DNA of 64,000 bases, taken from an uncultured Acidimicrobiia bacterium (GTDB taxonomy: Bacteria > Acidobacteriota > Terriglobia > Versatilivoradales > Versatilivoraceae). This document shows, piece by piece, positions 31,709-42,700 of the stretch (position 1 is its first letter; every line of letters starts with the position of its first letter). The DNA lies in the NCBI GenBank assembly GCA_963786955.1, contig CAWBAT010000003.1, forward strand, positions 256,001 to 320,000, given 5' to 3'. Made by a program: the position numbers and the translations under genes. The notes beneath the pieces were generated by a model. It made no database searches and was not told the DNA's origin. It was given only the letters and a program-made list of their open reading frames with translations.

Positions 31709-32545
31709 TCATTTTAATGACGCCAGCTTTTCCCTTAAGAAGTTGACGCAAAACGGCACTTCTGATTCTTCCAATCCGTGTAATATCATCGGGCCACTGT
31801 AATGGGCGCCTCGCAGCAACTGAAGATATAAATCGTAATTCAAAACGCCTGTTCCCGCTGCTTTGTTTCCGGCTTCACCGTCGTGATCCAGGTCTTTGGC
31901 ATGGGCAAGGATCAGGTCTTGGCCCAGCAAATCAATGGATTCTTTTAAGATCTCGTCCATTCGGGCCAGTTCGCCTCGATGAAACAAGTTTGCTCCATCC
32001 ATCACGATTTTGAGGCGAGGTGACTTCATCTCGTCCAGTAATTGTCTTGCTTTAGCAGCCGAATCGATCACATTGGCGATTTCCGGTTCAATGCCCAGAA
32101 TGACGTCGTGCCGCTCGGCAATTTCCAAAGCTTGGCTCATCGCGCGGTGCAATTCTTCCCAAGCCTGTGCCGAATCATTATCCGCGTGGCGGCGCCACAT
32201 ATTTTCCGGGTCTTTTGTACCCGTGCAGAGAGTAATCACCTGCGTCCCCAGATGTCGGCAGGCTGCCGCCAGCATAGCCAGTCGGCGAATCCCTTCCGTC
32301 CGCTTGCCAGGTTCCGGGTGGATCATGTTAAAGGTTCCGGAAACAGCGGCCATGACGACCCCTCGTGACTCGTGGGCCTGCTTGATCTCGGCAGCACATT
32401 CCGGGGAAATCTCATCGGGCATGGAGGATGGCCCGGCACAGGCCATATTAAATTGGACACAATCCACACCAGCGGCCTTTACGGCGTCCAAGGTTTCTTC
32501 GAGCGTAGGACGGACAAATGTTTTGGCGAAAATTCCAATTTGCAT
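31709..32545 (-). CDS. Sugar phosphate isomerase/epimerase (AP endonuclease 2 TIM barrel)
   Basis: GIEPE, MDGAN, AHAKD. Confidence 0.88.
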   Translation of the reverse strand: MQIGIFAKTFVRPTLEETLDAVKAAGVDCVQFNMACAGPSSMPDEISPECAAEIKQAHESRGVVMAAVSGTFNMIHPEPGKRTEGIRRLAMLAAACRHLGTQVITLCTGTKDPENMWRRHADNDSAQAWEELHRAMSQALEIAERHDVILGIEPEIANVIDSAAKARQLLDEMKSPRLKIVMDGANLFHRGELARMDEILKESIDLLGQDLILAHAKDLDHDGEAGNKAAGTGVLNYDLYLQLLRGAHYSGPMILHGLEESEVPFCVNFLREKLASLK

Positions 32546-33618
32546 TACACCGCACCTGTGACAGCTGACAGCCGAATTTTTTCTCCGCTTTCGACGGAGC
32601 GTGCAATAGCCACCATGGCTCGCATGGCGGCGACGCCATCATCAATCCTGGCGCCGTGCTGAGAGGCACCATTGAGAATGGTATCCGCAAAGCCTTCGAT
32701 CTGTCGTTTGTAGGTGTACGCGTCTTCTCCCAGCGGCCGATGGAACTGGCCATCCTTGACAGAAAAACATTCCACGACGCTCGACAGGTGATACCACGGG
32801 AGATAGAATTTGCCTTTAATGCTCCCCTTTTCTCCGTAGACCTGAAACGACTCCTCAAAGTCTCCACGCACAGGAATGGTCAGATCAAGATGACCCAGGC
32901 ACCCGTTATCAAAGTCCGTTTCCACAAACCAGCAATAGGCACCAAACCGTTCTGAGAGGCGGGCTCGAACACTGGCAATCTCGCCACCCAAGAATCGGGC
33001 CGTGTCAACCAGGTGGCTTCCGTGCGTTAACATAAAATAGCGGCGCTTATCTGCTTTGGGGTCACCTGTAGGTTTTTTGGCAGAGGGGCTGAGCCTCGGG
33101 ATCGGTTGCAGATTATCCGTCATCGTGTATCGGTAAGTGGAATCGCAATAGTTCGACTTCATGGCCAGTAACTGGCCAATTTCATTCTTGATGAATTGTT
33201 GGGCGAAGGTGGCGCCTGGATCGAATCGCCGATTGTTTCCAACCTGAAACACGAGCTTGGATTCTGCGACACGACGGCGTAACTCCTCACACTCCTCAAT
33301 GGAAACCCCCAAAGGTTTTTCAACCAAAACATGTTTCCCCGCAGCAATAGCCTTAAGACAAAAAGGCACATGAAACTGGTCGGCTGTCGCAATCACAACA
33401 GCTTCTATTTGCGGGTCACCCAGCATCTCATCAAAGTCGCGATAGGTCACTTTCGGTTCGTGGATGGCGGACATCTTGTTGAGCAAGTCTTCAGCGACGT
33501 CACAGATCGCATACAGTTCTGCATTTCGAGACTTCCGGCAGGCATCAAAGTGGGCAAATTGAGAGATCGGGCCACAGCCCAGAATTCCGATTCTAAGAAG
33601 GCGAGAGTCTTTTTTCAT
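32545..33618 (-). CDS. Gfo/Idh/MocA-family oxidoreductase
   Basis: IGILGCG, HVLVEKP, HGSHLVD. Confidence 0.92.
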   Translation of the reverse strand: MKKDSRLLRIGILGCGPISQFAHFDACRKSRNAELYAICDVAEDLLNKMSAIHEPKVTYRDFDEMLGDPQIEAVVIATADQFHVPFCLKAIAAGKHVLVEKPLGVSIEECEELRRRVAESKLVFQVGNNRRFDPGATFAQQFIKNEIGQLLAMKSNYCDSTYRYTMTDNLQPIPRLSPSAKKPTGDPKADKRRYFMLTHGSHLVDTARFLGGEIASVRARLSERFGAYCWFVETDFDNGCLGHLDLTIPVRGDFEESFQVYGEKGSIKGKFYLPWYHLSSVVECFSVKDGQFHRPLGEDAYTYKRQIEGFADTILNGASQHGARIDDGVAAMRAMVAIARSVESGEKIRLSAVTGAV

Positions 33619-33801
33619 GATTTTTTCTTTCGGAATGACAAAAATGAGTTATTTAAGATTTGATACTGGCTATGATTGATGACTTCCTTATTTCAGCATT
33701 TCAGCTGGTTGAGCTAAATCGAAAATAGCCAATCGCAAATAACAGATACCATATGGCCGTTTAACGGGGGCGGACCAAGACTCCACTCCGGCTTCATGGC
33801 C

Positions 33802-35220
33802 CTATACCTCATATCTTTGCCGAAGTGCTTCTCGCAGCGCTTTCAACTGTTTACGATCTGCGACTTCAATTAACGCCTTAAGATGCTCATTCATCGGCAC
33901 ATCTCGCAGTTCACCGGTGCGATGGACCCCTAAAGCCTGTGTCATGGCTTCTGCGCCCACCTTGGGATCAGTTTTGCCGGCAGAATTCTTAATGGAGTTA
34001 ATCGCCGAACCGGCCAGATATAAGACGTTTCCGCTGATTCCGCGTCTCTCAGCATCGGCAAGGTTGAGAATAATATTCCCCTGATCGAGCCCACCGGCTC
34101 GGGCGATCATGGTCGGGTTAATTCCAGGCATGGGACGGGAGAGTATCTCTTCAGATGCTTCCCACTCCGCCCCATAGGGAAAGATGAACGGAGGACCATT
34201 TCGGACAGGAGCGGTTTGACGAAAATCAATCCCATCCAGTCTGGCCAGCAGGTCGATAATCTCGCGCCAGATGGACTTGGTCTTAACACCAATCCCCGCA
34301 TTATGACCGTAAATTGCTGGAGGTTTCTCCATGTGCTTGGTGGCTTCCCGGACCATCCGAACCGTTCCGCCAGCGAAAGTTTCACTAAACATGACACCAG
34401 TTGCCCCGGCTTCCAGCACAGCATGCAAACTTTCCAGGATTTCATGGGGAGAGCCGGAGATATGTGAAGCAAAGATCAGGCCCAGCCCCCCGCGCTTATC
34501 CTTTGCCTTTTGAATCGCAGCGGCAGCCTGGCGGGCTCTTTCGCGAACCGGCGAGTAGTCCAGATTGGGATAGAGGTTTTCATCTTCTTTTGCAAAAAGG
34601 AAGAGCGGACACACTGCTACCTCCTCCACCAGAGCACCGACTTCTTTTGGAATAATGCCTGCAGTCGGTTTCAAGATAGTGCCAAAAGCGGGTTGTTCGG
34701 GTTTGAAGCCTGTTAGTTTGCGGACTCCCTGCGGCCCATAAGCCGGTCCGGGAAAGGTACGAATCACTTTTTCCGGAATCTTGAGTGCGACGAGACGTGC
34801 ATCTTGGTTTTCATAAACGTCAAAGATAATGGCGCCGGCAATGGTATGAAGAATGTCACAAGATGTCAGGTTCCCGTCCGGATGAAGCAGCATCTTCAGC
34901 GGAAAGGCCATGTGGAGGAGACCGATACGACCCGTTGAGTCAAAGGCGTCAACCCCGGCCGCCCGAGCAGTGCATTCCTCTAGCAGAGAGCCTGCCGGCG
35001 GGTGTTTGATTCCGCTGGTTGCGTGGTAGCTGATCTCTTTGGCTGCCTGCTCCAGCTTTTGCGTTCGAAAGGCAAAAAAATAGCTGGCAACAATTTGATC
35101 CTCGAGGCTAGGTGGAGGGTTTTCTGCAAGCCTTCGGCTAACAACTTCCCGCAGCCGTTCTTCGCGGGCGTTGCCGTCATACCAAAGCATATCTAAGGTT
35201 TTTTGATCGAGTAGGTGCAT
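33802..35220 (-). CDS. Highly divergent RuBisCO-like protein (form IV RLP) no. 2
   Basis: AFPL, FPGPAYGPQGVR, GTILKPTAG, FAKEDEN, IYGHNAG, AGGL and LAGSAI follow the RuBisCO motif order. Confidence 0.85.
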   Translation of the reverse strand: MHLLDQKTLDMLWYDGNAREERLREVVSRRLAENPPPSLEDQIVASYFFAFRTQKLEQAAKEISYHATSGIKHPPAGSLLEECTARAAGVDAFDSTGRIGLLHMAFPLKMLLHPDGNLTSCDILHTIAGAIIFDVYENQDARLVALKIPEKVIRTFPGPAYGPQGVRKLTGFKPEQPAFGTILKPTAGIIPKEVGALVEEVAVCPLFLFAKEDENLYPNLDYSPVRERARQAAAAIQKAKDKRGGLGLIFASHISGSPHEILESLHAVLEAGATGVMFSETFAGGTVRMVREATKHMEKPPAIYGHNAGIGVKTKSIWREIIDLLARLDGIDFRQTAPVRNGPPFIFPYGAEWEASEEILSRPMPGINPTMIARAGGLDQGNIILNLADAERRGISGNVLYLAGSAINSIKNSAGKTDPKVGAEAMTQALGVHRTGELRDVPMNEHLKALIEVADRKQLKALREALRQRYEV

Positions 35221-35461
35221 TTTCCCTTTCTGTAACTTTGCATTTGGCCAATAAGGTTCGGAGTTTGCCGGCTGACTCTTGCAGACTCAAAGCTGAAGTT
35301 CGAGAAGTTTCCGATAACAGCGAACCAATGAATACAGCCATGAGGTCTCCAGTCTCATGAAGACAAACCGCAAAATTCTATCACATTCGGACACGATTCG
35401 CCCACCCGATCAGAACCTTATGAGGTTGTGAGGGGGGTGAGAAAGCCCCAAGCTTTCAAAG

Positions 35462-35832
35462 TTGTAGGCCGGGTCACCGACCCGGTGCTGGAGATTGGAC
35501 AATTGTTGGTACCCCGGATTCAGTAACGGCGCAGTCTTTCAGATATCCAGCGGCCTGAAGGGCCGCCACAATCTGGCCCAGGGCAGAGTGGAGGGGTAAG
35601 GTCCCGCAGCGCCGCCCTGGGTTGAGATCCCAATGAATCATCGGCGCCCTGAAGGGCACGACAATCCGGACGAGAGATGTGTTGCACCCCTCCAGGGTGC
35701 CCTTTCGCGGGTGGCCCTTGACCCAGGGCGCTGTTCCGGGCTTCGCCCTCCACTTTGCCCTCGGCTATTTTATCTTGCCCTTTCAGGGCAGCGGAAATGT
35801 CCGATCTCCAGGTCCGGGTCACCGACCCGGTG
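35462..35832. repeat. Nested REPIN: long imperfect palindrome (GCCCTGAAGGGC family) between two 19-bp direct repeats
   Basis: ccgggtcaccgacccggtg occurs at 35469 and 35814. The inner 35550-35790 has ggcctgaagggcc, gccctgaagggc, cccctccagggtgc and gccctttcagggc. Confidence 0.75.
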
Positions 35833-35994
35833 TTAGCGTGCCGTATTTGCGAAAAGCTGCACTAAGCATCAGGCGTTTTCCTGTGAAGACTCGGTTGAAA
35901 GTGTGGAGATTGCAAGACGTGAACCAATGATGCGGATACCAACCCTGTCATCAAATGATCTGGCCGTCGGAACGGAACTCTGGCAAAGCAGAAA

Positions 35995-36987
35995 CTAGCC
36001 TGGCACCGGGGCTTCTTCGCGGATGAATCGTTCATTCTTTAATTCAGCCCAGAAGGCTTGTGGAATGTTTTCTTCGAAGGCCTGAAAATTCTCCACAACC
36101 CGCTCTGGAACCCGAGTGCCCGGAATCAAACAAGTCACGGCGGGGTGAGCCAGTGCAAATTGGGTGGCGGCAGCCTTAAGCGAAACATGGTGACGAGCCG
36201 CGACTGCCTGAATGCCTCGTGCTCTTTCAAGGATTTCGGGCGAGGCATCCTCATAGTTGTACTTGGCGCCCGGACTCAAGTCGCTGGCGAGAATCCCGCT
36301 ATTATAGTGCCCGCCGAGCATGATTCCGATGTTCTTCTGCTGACACAAGGGAAATAGTTCGTCCAATGCCCCCTGCTCCAGCAGACTGTAACGGCCTGCC
36401 AGCAGAAAACAGTCAAAGTCTCCTTCGCGAGCGAAACGCGCCAGCATTTCACATTGGTTCATGCCGGCACTCACGCCGCGAATCACCTTTTGGCGGCGTA
36501 ATTCATCCAGTGCCGGATAAGCCCCCTGAATAGCCTCCTCCCAGTGGTCGTCAGGATCATGGATGTGGAGAATATCGATCCGGTCGAGTTTCAACCGCTG
36601 CAGACTCTCTTCAAAGGAGCGCATGACGCTATCATAGCTAAAATAAAATTTCGGGCGAACCGGAGGGGGACTGCCCCAGAAGGCGTCTTGACTTCGATCG
36701 CCATCCTCTACCGAAACCAGCAAACGTCCCACTTTTGAGGAAAGCACATAACGGTCCCGTGGAACTCCCTTCATTGCGTTGCCCAGGCGAACTTCGCTTT
36801 TCCCGTAGCCATAGAGTGGAGCCGTATCAAACAAGTTGATTCCGAGCCCTAACGCCTGTTGGACGACCGCCGTTGCCTGCTGATCAGGGATATCCCCGTA
36901 AAGGCCGCCCAGGGCAGCGCAGCCGAGTCCCAATCGAGTGACGGGCAATCCCGTTTTCCCCAATATTTTCTTGTCTGTTGGTTTCAT
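35995..36987 (-). CDS. Aldo/keto reductase (D-threo-aldose/L-fucose dehydrogenase-like)
   Basis: FDTAPLYG, SSKVGR, HIHDPD, LLAGRY. Confidence 0.92.
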   Translation of the reverse strand: MKPTDKKILGKTGLPVTRLGLGCAALGGLYGDIPDQQATAVVQQALGLGINLFDTAPLYGYGKSEVRLGNAMKGVPRDRYVLSSKVGRLLVSVEDGDRSQDAFWGSPPPVRPKFYFSYDSVMRSFEESLQRLKLDRIDILHIHDPDDHWEEAIQGAYPALDELRRQKVIRGVSAGMNQCEMLARFAREGDFDCFLLAGRYSLLEQGALDELFPLCQQKNIGIMLGGHYNSGILASDLSPGAKYNYEDASPEILERARGIQAVAARHHVSLKAAATQFALAHPAVTCLIPGTRVPERVVENFQAFEENIPQAFWAELKNERFIREEAPVPG

Positions 36988-37128
36988 AACGAAAGTATCT
37001 TCTCCTGTTTTCTCACTGAATTCAAGATATGCACTGCGCCGGGTGGAGTCACCCGGCCTACAACGGTTGTAGGCCGCATGACCTCATGCGGCGGTTGGTG
37101 GTGTGAAATCCGGCTTCGCCCCTAGAAA

Positions 37129-37794
37129 TTAGAATCGTCCATATCGCTTGAACGCGTCTACGGGGTGGACTCCCTCGAGAATTGCTTTCCGCAGCAGATT
37201 TTCAGTGTGGATGACTTCCTCCGCCTTCGTGATCACCTCTTCAGCGATCGTTTGCGGAATGATAAGCACTCCGTCACGATCGCCTGATACATAGTCCCCT
37301 GGCTGAATCTCGACGGTCCCGATCTTAATCGGTGTTTTGTAGTCCACGAGCCGCCAGCGACCGACGATGTCCAGCGGGGTAGTATACCGGGAAAAGATAG
37401 GGAACCCGAGCTTGAGAATGTAATCCGTATCCCGCGCCCCCCCATCGATGACAGCTCCTCGCGCCCCTCTAAATTTCGCGGTCTCGCACGAGAGTTCCCC
37501 AATATGGGCGCAGGTGTTGTCGTTGGGTTGGCTGACAATGACATCGCCAGGGCGAAGATCGCCCAGCATCTTGAGAAAAGGAAGGAAGACAACTTCCGGA
37601 TCGGTACTGGCCACCAACTCACCCTGGACCGTCATCGCACGACCCGCCAGTGTCTGGCCGCGTTGAATGGCTTGAATGGAATGAGGTAAAACCTGGTTGG
37701 TAAATCCCATCTCATCCAGGATATCGCTGATAGCACCTGTGTACGGAATGGCCGCCAGTCGATCGACAAGGCTTTTTTTGTTTTCATGACTCAT
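37129..37794 (-). CDS. RraA-like / HMG-CHA aldolase family protein
   Basis: ISDILD, GAVIDGGARD, PGD...GDRDGV. Confidence 0.88.
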   Translation of the reverse strand: MSHENKKSLVDRLAAIPYTGAISDILDEMGFTNQVLPHSIQAIQRGQTLAGRAMTVQGELVASTDPEVVFLPFLKMLGDLRPGDVIVSQPNDNTCAHIGELSCETAKFRGARGAVIDGGARDTDYILKLGFPIFSRYTTPLDIVGRWRLVDYKTPIKIGTVEIQPGDYVSGDRDGVLIIPQTIAEEVITKAEEVIHTENLLRKAILEGVHPVDAFKRYGRF

Positions 37795-38220
37795 GAACTT
37801 AAGTCTCCTATTCGTGATTCTTCAAAAGGGTGAATGGTCATAGTCTCGCCATTGCACCTGTTATCGCGGTGTGCAAATCAGGGTGATAATTTCAGAGGCC
37901 GTTTCATGGGGCACTTCGCCCGTCACCCCGCCTTCGGCGCCCCTCTCCCCAATGGGAGAAGGGCTTGGGGATGAAGGGTGCGTCATTATGTTTTGTAATC
38001 CTCAATAGGTTGACCTCACTAACGTGAGAGCGGTTCGGGCTGTCTTCTCCATCACTACGAAATCCACATTGACAAAGTGTCATTTTATTTAGACTAATAG
38101 GATTCGCAAATGAAAATCGCCTGCAGTGGATTGGTAGCATGGGGCGCGGTTTTTGGTTTATTCAAGATTCTGAATAGGAAGCGGAGAAGGGAATGGCCAC
38201 ATGGCCGAGGGGAGAGCTGG

Positions 38221-39366
38221 ATGACGATCCGTTTGCGCGGGATCACCTGGAATCACACCCGTGGGTATTTGCCTATGGTCGCCACGGCGCAGCGATTTGC
38301 TGAAATCGTTCCGGGATTTGATGTCGCCTGGGAGAAGCGCCACCTGAAGAGTTTTAGCGAAGATCCGGTCGAAGGGCTGGCCGATGGATTTGATTTGCTG
38401 GTGGTGGATCATTCATCTCTTGGTGAAGTTGTCGAACGCGGCCTTTTGATTCCGCTGGATGAGCATTTACCCAAAGAGTTTCTGGACGATCAAGCGAAGC
38501 ATTCCGTTGGCAAGTCGCATGAGAGTTATCAATGGGAGGACCACCAGTGGGCCCTGGCGATTGATGCGGCCGCTCCGGTGAGTGCCCGACGCTCGGTTTT
38601 GCTCGAACAGTCAGGACTCACGGCCCCCAAGACTTGGAAGGAGCTGATCAATCTGGCTCGGCGAGGGTGGGTGGCCGTTCCAGGAACTCCCCTCGACTGC
38701 CTCTTAAATTTCTATATGCTCTGTTCCTCGCTGGGGGAAGACCCCTTCAGTCGGGGCGGGAATCTGGTCAGTCATTCCGTTGGCGTGCAAGCCCTCAGCC
38801 TGTTACGGGAACTGATGAATCTGTGTCCGGAAGTTTGTTACTCGTGGGACCCTGTTACCTTGTTTGAGGCGATGGCCTCTCATGACAATATTGGATACTG
38901 CCCTTTTGCAATTGGTTATGTGAATTATTCCCGCAATGGATATGCGAGTTATCGCCTCCAATTTGGAGACTTGGTGACGCTCGAGGAACAAGGGCCGCTC
39001 CGCAGTGCGCTGGGAGGAAAAGGGCTGGCGATTTCTTCGCGTTGCCAGCATCTTCAGGAAGCATTGGAATATGCCCGGTTCATTGCCAGTCCGTTATGCC
39101 AGCGCGGCCTCTACTTTGAAAGTGGAGGGCAACCGGGTCATCGCAAGGCATGGCTGGACAAGACCATAAATCTCGAGAGTCTTGATTTTTTCCAGAATAC
39201 CCTGGCGGCATTGGATCGGGCTTACCTGCGGCCGAGGTATAAAGGGTATCTTCAATTAGAGAGACACGCCGGCCTCATCGTTCAGGAACATTTGCGGGCC
39301 GGAGGGGACGCAGCGGAGGTTCTCAACAGCTTGCAAGGGCTGTACGAACGCTCCCGGGTGTCCTGA
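38221..39366 (+). CDS. Sugar-type solute-binding-protein family member, apparently without a signal peptide
   Basis: LRGITWNHTRG, DLLVVDH, IDAAA, LGGKGLAIS, GGQP. Confidence 0.8.
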   Translation: MTIRLRGITWNHTRGYLPMVATAQRFAEIVPGFDVAWEKRHLKSFSEDPVEGLADGFDLLVVDHSSLGEVVERGLLIPLDEHLPKEFLDDQAKHSVGKSHESYQWEDHQWALAIDAAAPVSARRSVLLEQSGLTAPKTWKELINLARRGWVAVPGTPLDCLLNFYMLCSSLGEDPFSRGGNLVSHSVGVQALSLLRELMNLCPEVCYSWDPVTLFEAMASHDNIGYCPFAIGYVNYSRNGYASYRLQFGDLVTLEEQGPLRSALGGKGLAISSRCQHLQEALEYARFIASPLCQRGLYFESGGQPGHRKAWLDKTINLESLDFFQNTLAALDRAYLRPRYKGYLQLERHAGLIVQEHLRAGGDAAEVLNSLQGLYERSRVS

Positions 39367-39452
39367 GGGAAAAAGGGTGACGCTGGTTTGACGCCAGACG
39401 ACGCAGTGAGCGATCACATGCGATCGCGTGTGGCGGGGAGGCAGCGGGCTAA

Positions 39453-39678
39453 CTAGTTTCTGTCCCGAAACTATATGATTGCATGAAGACACCCCTCCTC
39501 AGCTGAGGAGGGGATGTGGCGCGCAACGCCGCAGGGGTGGTGTGAGTTGCCGCAATACCGATACTGGCTTGGCCTCTCCAGGATTGTTCGAACCACCCCG
39601 CCGCGGCCTGTGGCTGCGGCTGCCCCTCCTTATCCAATGGAGGGGAGCCTTGTTGCCGAATTTAGCGACAGAAACTAG
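39453..39678. mobile_element. MITE-like element with 12-bp terminal inverted repeats and internal REP-like hairpins
   Basis: ctagtttctgtc (39453-39464) and gacagaaactag (39667-39678). Internal cccctcctcagctgaggagggg and cccctcc..ggagggg. Confidence 0.65.
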
Positions 39679-39786
39679 CTAGAATTCTTTTCATAGAAAG
39701 TCGGAAAAACAACTGAAGGCACCCATTTCTCCTAACATCAGGTTCCTGGAAGAACTGGAAGCAGTGCCGACTACTTTGGAGGTTTC

Positions 39787-42700
39787 ATGTCACGCAAGCC
39801 CGCCTTCTGGATCGTACTCGCCTTGATTTCCTTGTCGGGAATCTTCTTCACCTTTAAATATTTTTCGGAAGCTTTTCCCATCGTCACGCTCGACTTGAGC
39901 ATGGATCGAGCCGGCGCGCTCAAGTTGGCTGCAGATCTGACTGCCAAGTACCAATGGGGCCCTAAGGATTACTCTCCTGCCGCTTCCTTTGACCTTGATA
40001 GCGAGGTGCAAAACTACGTTGAACTGGAAGTCGGCGGGAGCAGAGCCTTTAAAGAGTTGCTAAAGGGGGGATTTTATTCTCCTTACCTGTGGCGGGTGCG
40101 TCATTTTAAGGAGGGCGATCCTAACGAAACCGTGATTCGTTTCACACCGGATGGCAAACCCTATGGTTTTCGCGAGAGACTGGCTGAAGATGCTCACGGC
40201 GCCAGTCTTTCCCCTGAAGAGGCCCGGATCATCGCGGAGAAGGCTGCCACTGAACAATGGCAAATCCTCCTCAACCAGTATGTGGCCGTAGAAACTTCAC
40301 AGGAAGAGCGGCCTGGAGGACGGCGCGATCACACTTTCGTTTACGAACGCCCGAATCAAAAAATGGGAGAAGGTCTGTATCGCTTGCGACTCGTGGTGGG
40401 AGGGGATCGTTTAACGGAATTGACGCACTTCATCAAGATCCCGGAGGCTTTTGAACGCCGTTACGAAGAGATGCGTTCAGCTAATGAAACCCTTGCCTCC
40501 GTCGCGCAATACTTGGTGTTGATTCTTTACCTTGGAGGGGGATGCGTCGTCGGACTCTTCTTTTTGCTTCGCCAACGCTGGGTCAGCTGGAAAAAACCTT
40601 TGGCTTGGGCTGCGTTTATTGCTTTCCTGAATTTACTGGGTGGTCTGAGCGCCTTGCCTTTGAGCTGGATGTCATACGAGACCGCACTTTCTGCGCGCGC
40701 TTTCTTGACTAAGGAGATTCTCTCTGAAATCGGCGGTTTTGCACTCTGGACAATGGTTCTTACCTTGACATTTATGGCGGCAGAGGGGTTGACCCGAAAA
40801 GCCTTCCCCCAGATGATCCAACTTTGGAAACTCTGGTCACCGGACACAACCAGCAGCTATTCGGTTTTAGGACGCACCCTTGGCGGATACCTGATCGTTG
40901 GTTTCGACTTTGCGTTTGTGGTGGCGATTTACTTTGTCACGACCCGGCATTTTGGATGGTGGACCCCTTCCGATGCACTGTTTGAGCCAAACTTGTTGGC
41001 AACTTATCTGCCGTGGCTATCGGGGGTAGCTCAATCCCTCCAGGCAGGGTTCTGGGAGGAATGTCTTTTCCGGGCCGTGCCCCTCGCTGGCGCAGCTCTC
41101 ATTGGACAACGGCTGGGCAAGAGAAATCTTTGTATCGTGATCGCATTTATCCTCCAAGCCCTGGTCTTTGGCGCCGGCCATGCCAATTATCCCAGCCAGC
41201 CAGCCTATGCACGGCTCGTTGAGTTGATCATTCCCTCCTTTGTCTTCGGAGGAATCTATCTGACCTACGGACTGCTGACTTCCATCATCTCTCATTTTGT
41301 TTTTGATGTGGTCTGGTTCTCCTTACCTCTCTTCATCTCCACGGCGAAGGGCATTTGGATCGATCGGGCAATTGTCATCCTGTTGACCCTCACTCCATTG
41401 TGGGTTGTTTTGCGGGCACGTCTTAAAAAGGGAGCCTGGGGGACTGTCCCGGAAGAGGCATACAATCGTGCCTGGAAGCCCAGTGAACAAAGGATCGAAA
41501 CGGGCGCAACTCGAGTGACCGAGATCACAGAACTTCGCCCTAGGGTCTCGTTGCGTTGGTTAATGGTTGGGGCATTGATTGGAATAGCCCTTTGGATTAC
41601 CAGCACAAATTTCAACCAAGATGGACCGTTTATTGCGGTAGGCCGCCGCTCCGCGGTAGAAATCGCGCGCCAGACCCTCGAGAAAAAAGGTGTTGTGCTG
41701 AATTCGGAATGGAAGGTTTACCCTTCGATTCGCGGCAATGTGGATTCCCAGGACCGATTTGTCTGGCAGACTGGCGGCCGGAAGATCTACCAGCAGCTAA
41801 TGGATCCCTATCTGCCGCCTCCTGGATGGAATGTACGATTTGCACGATTTAGTGGGGATGTCGCGAAACGGGCGGAAGAATACCACGTGGACATCGGAGC
41901 GAGCGGCGAAGTCATCCGCTTCCAGCATATCCTTCCGGAAAAAGCTCCGGGTGACAGTCTGCCAGAGGCTCAAGCTCGAGCGTTAGCTCATGAATCCTTA
42001 AGAGCGGCATTGCGGTTAGAGCCTGATGGGTTAAAAGAAATTTCCGCTGTGCCTGGCAAGCTTCCAGCTCGCACGGATTGGACTTTCACTTTTTCTGACC
42101 CGAAAAAATATCCTTTAAAGGAAGGCCAGGCTCGAACGGTTATCCTTCTGGCAGGAAAAGAATTGGCAGATGCTTATTTTTATATTTTCGTCCCGGAAGA
42201 GTGGGAACGACGGGAAACCGCCAGGTCGATACATTACGAGACCTGATCGTCATCTGCTGTTGGGCATTTCTCTTATTGGGGTTTTTAGTGGCCGGGATCA
42301 TGGCGATTGTGCAGTGGAGCCGTAGGAAATTTCCGGTTTCAACCTTTCTTTTCTTCTTTGCCGTTTCCGGTCTCGCCCATATCGTGAGCTTCGTCAATCA
42401 CTGGCCCGTCACCCTCTCGAACCTTTCTACCGCAGAGCCCGTGACCCATCAGCTATTTAAGACCATCACCGGCGGGCTTGTCAGCATCTTGCTGCAGTCT
42501 TCGTTCGTAGCGTTGGTAATGGGATATCTACAAACAAAGCTCTCGGAAAAGACCGGATTCGAGCCCGACACTGTTTGGATCCGGGGAGTCTCGGTGGCTT
42601 TGATTTTCTCAGGGCTGCTCGCTTTATTAAATCATTTTGGCGCGCCTTCGCTCGCCCCACGATTCGCAGATTACGGGCACTGGGGTACCTATGTTCCCCT

